A stretch of DNA of 64,000 nucleotides. It comes from Candidatus Marinacidobacterales bacterium. Lineage in GTDB: Bacteria; Acidobacteriota; Vicinamibacteria; Marinacidobacterales; DATDRI01. The number at the start of each line of letters is the position of its first letter. Position 1 is the first letter of the stretch. Of this stretch, positions 63,736-64,000 are shown one piece after another. The notes beneath the pieces are model-generated. The model was not told where the DNA came from and ran no database searches. It saw only the letters and a list, made by a program, of their open reading frames with translations. The DNA lies in contig CBDCNP010000002.1 in the NCBI GenBank assembly GCA_965219415.1, positions 1,888,001 through 1,952,000 of the forward strand. Direction: 5' to 3'. The position numbers were made by a program, and so were the translations under genes.

Positions 63736-64000
63736 ATGAAAAAATGCGTGTGTCTTGGCGCCTACCTCGTCGTATTCACTCTTATCGCGTGCCAACCACC
63801 AACTCGTTCAGCGCCCAACGCTCGAGAAGAGTTTCAGTTCAGTGAGGACTGGAAGTCTCGTCAGGCCCTGGTTCCGGTGGCCCTGGGACGTGAACCTGCC
63901 GACGTGGTTGTGAAGGGTGGGCAAGTCTTCATCACGCAGACCGGTGAGTTCAAAGACGGATGGATCATCGCGACCAAGGGAAAACGGATCGCCTATCTCG
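63736..64000 (+). CDS. Lipoprotein with an adenine-deaminase/amidohydrolase-like N-terminus (partial)
   Basis: GGAGG RBS. MKK..LIAC signal, then 'LVPVALGREPADVVVKGGQV...GKRIAYL'. Open to the window end and absent from the ORF track. Confidence 0.7.
   Translation, partial: MKKCVCLGAYLVVFTLIACQPPTRSAPNAREEFQFSEDWKSRQALVPVALGREPADVVVKGGQVFITQTGEFKDGWIIATKGKRIAYL

Overview
High-GC bacterial chromosomal window. Gene content (dnaX-ybaB-recR-mglBA, an elbB-E-like lipid cluster, many Tat/lipoprotein hydrolases) suggests an Acidobacteriota-type organism; this is inference only. About 1-31 kb is an eroded accessory region. It holds IS21, three different IS256-family elements, two copies of one ISL3, tRNA-Arg(TCG), tRNA-Arg(CCG) and tRNA-Lys(CTT) with integrative-element scars, and many truncated or frameshifted genes. 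About 31.5-36.1 kb is an intact core block (tRNA-Ser, SRP RNA, dnaX, ybaB, recR, mglB, mglA, tRNA-Asn). About 36-64 kb holds hydrolases, a Phd-VapC toxin-antitoxin pair and a lipid neighbourhood (CDP-alcohol transferase, DAG kinase, elbBCDE-like genes, fabH). Best candidates for new biology: (1) a three-gene operon at 38075-40484 whose products all start with the same ~56-aa 'MPDF...MRESLLRS.EY' module, fused to a Lys-rich tail or to two different clan GH-A-like glycoside hydrolase domains, next to a PilZ gene; (2) an ArsM-like methyltransferase with an in-frame TGA and a SECIS-like hairpin (probable selenoprotein, missed by the ORF track); (3) a radical SAM protein with a CX3CX10C motif; (4) a structured RNA candidate upstream of tRNA-Ser/SRP. 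All family calls come from motif recognition, not database searches. Some frameshifts may be sequencing errors.
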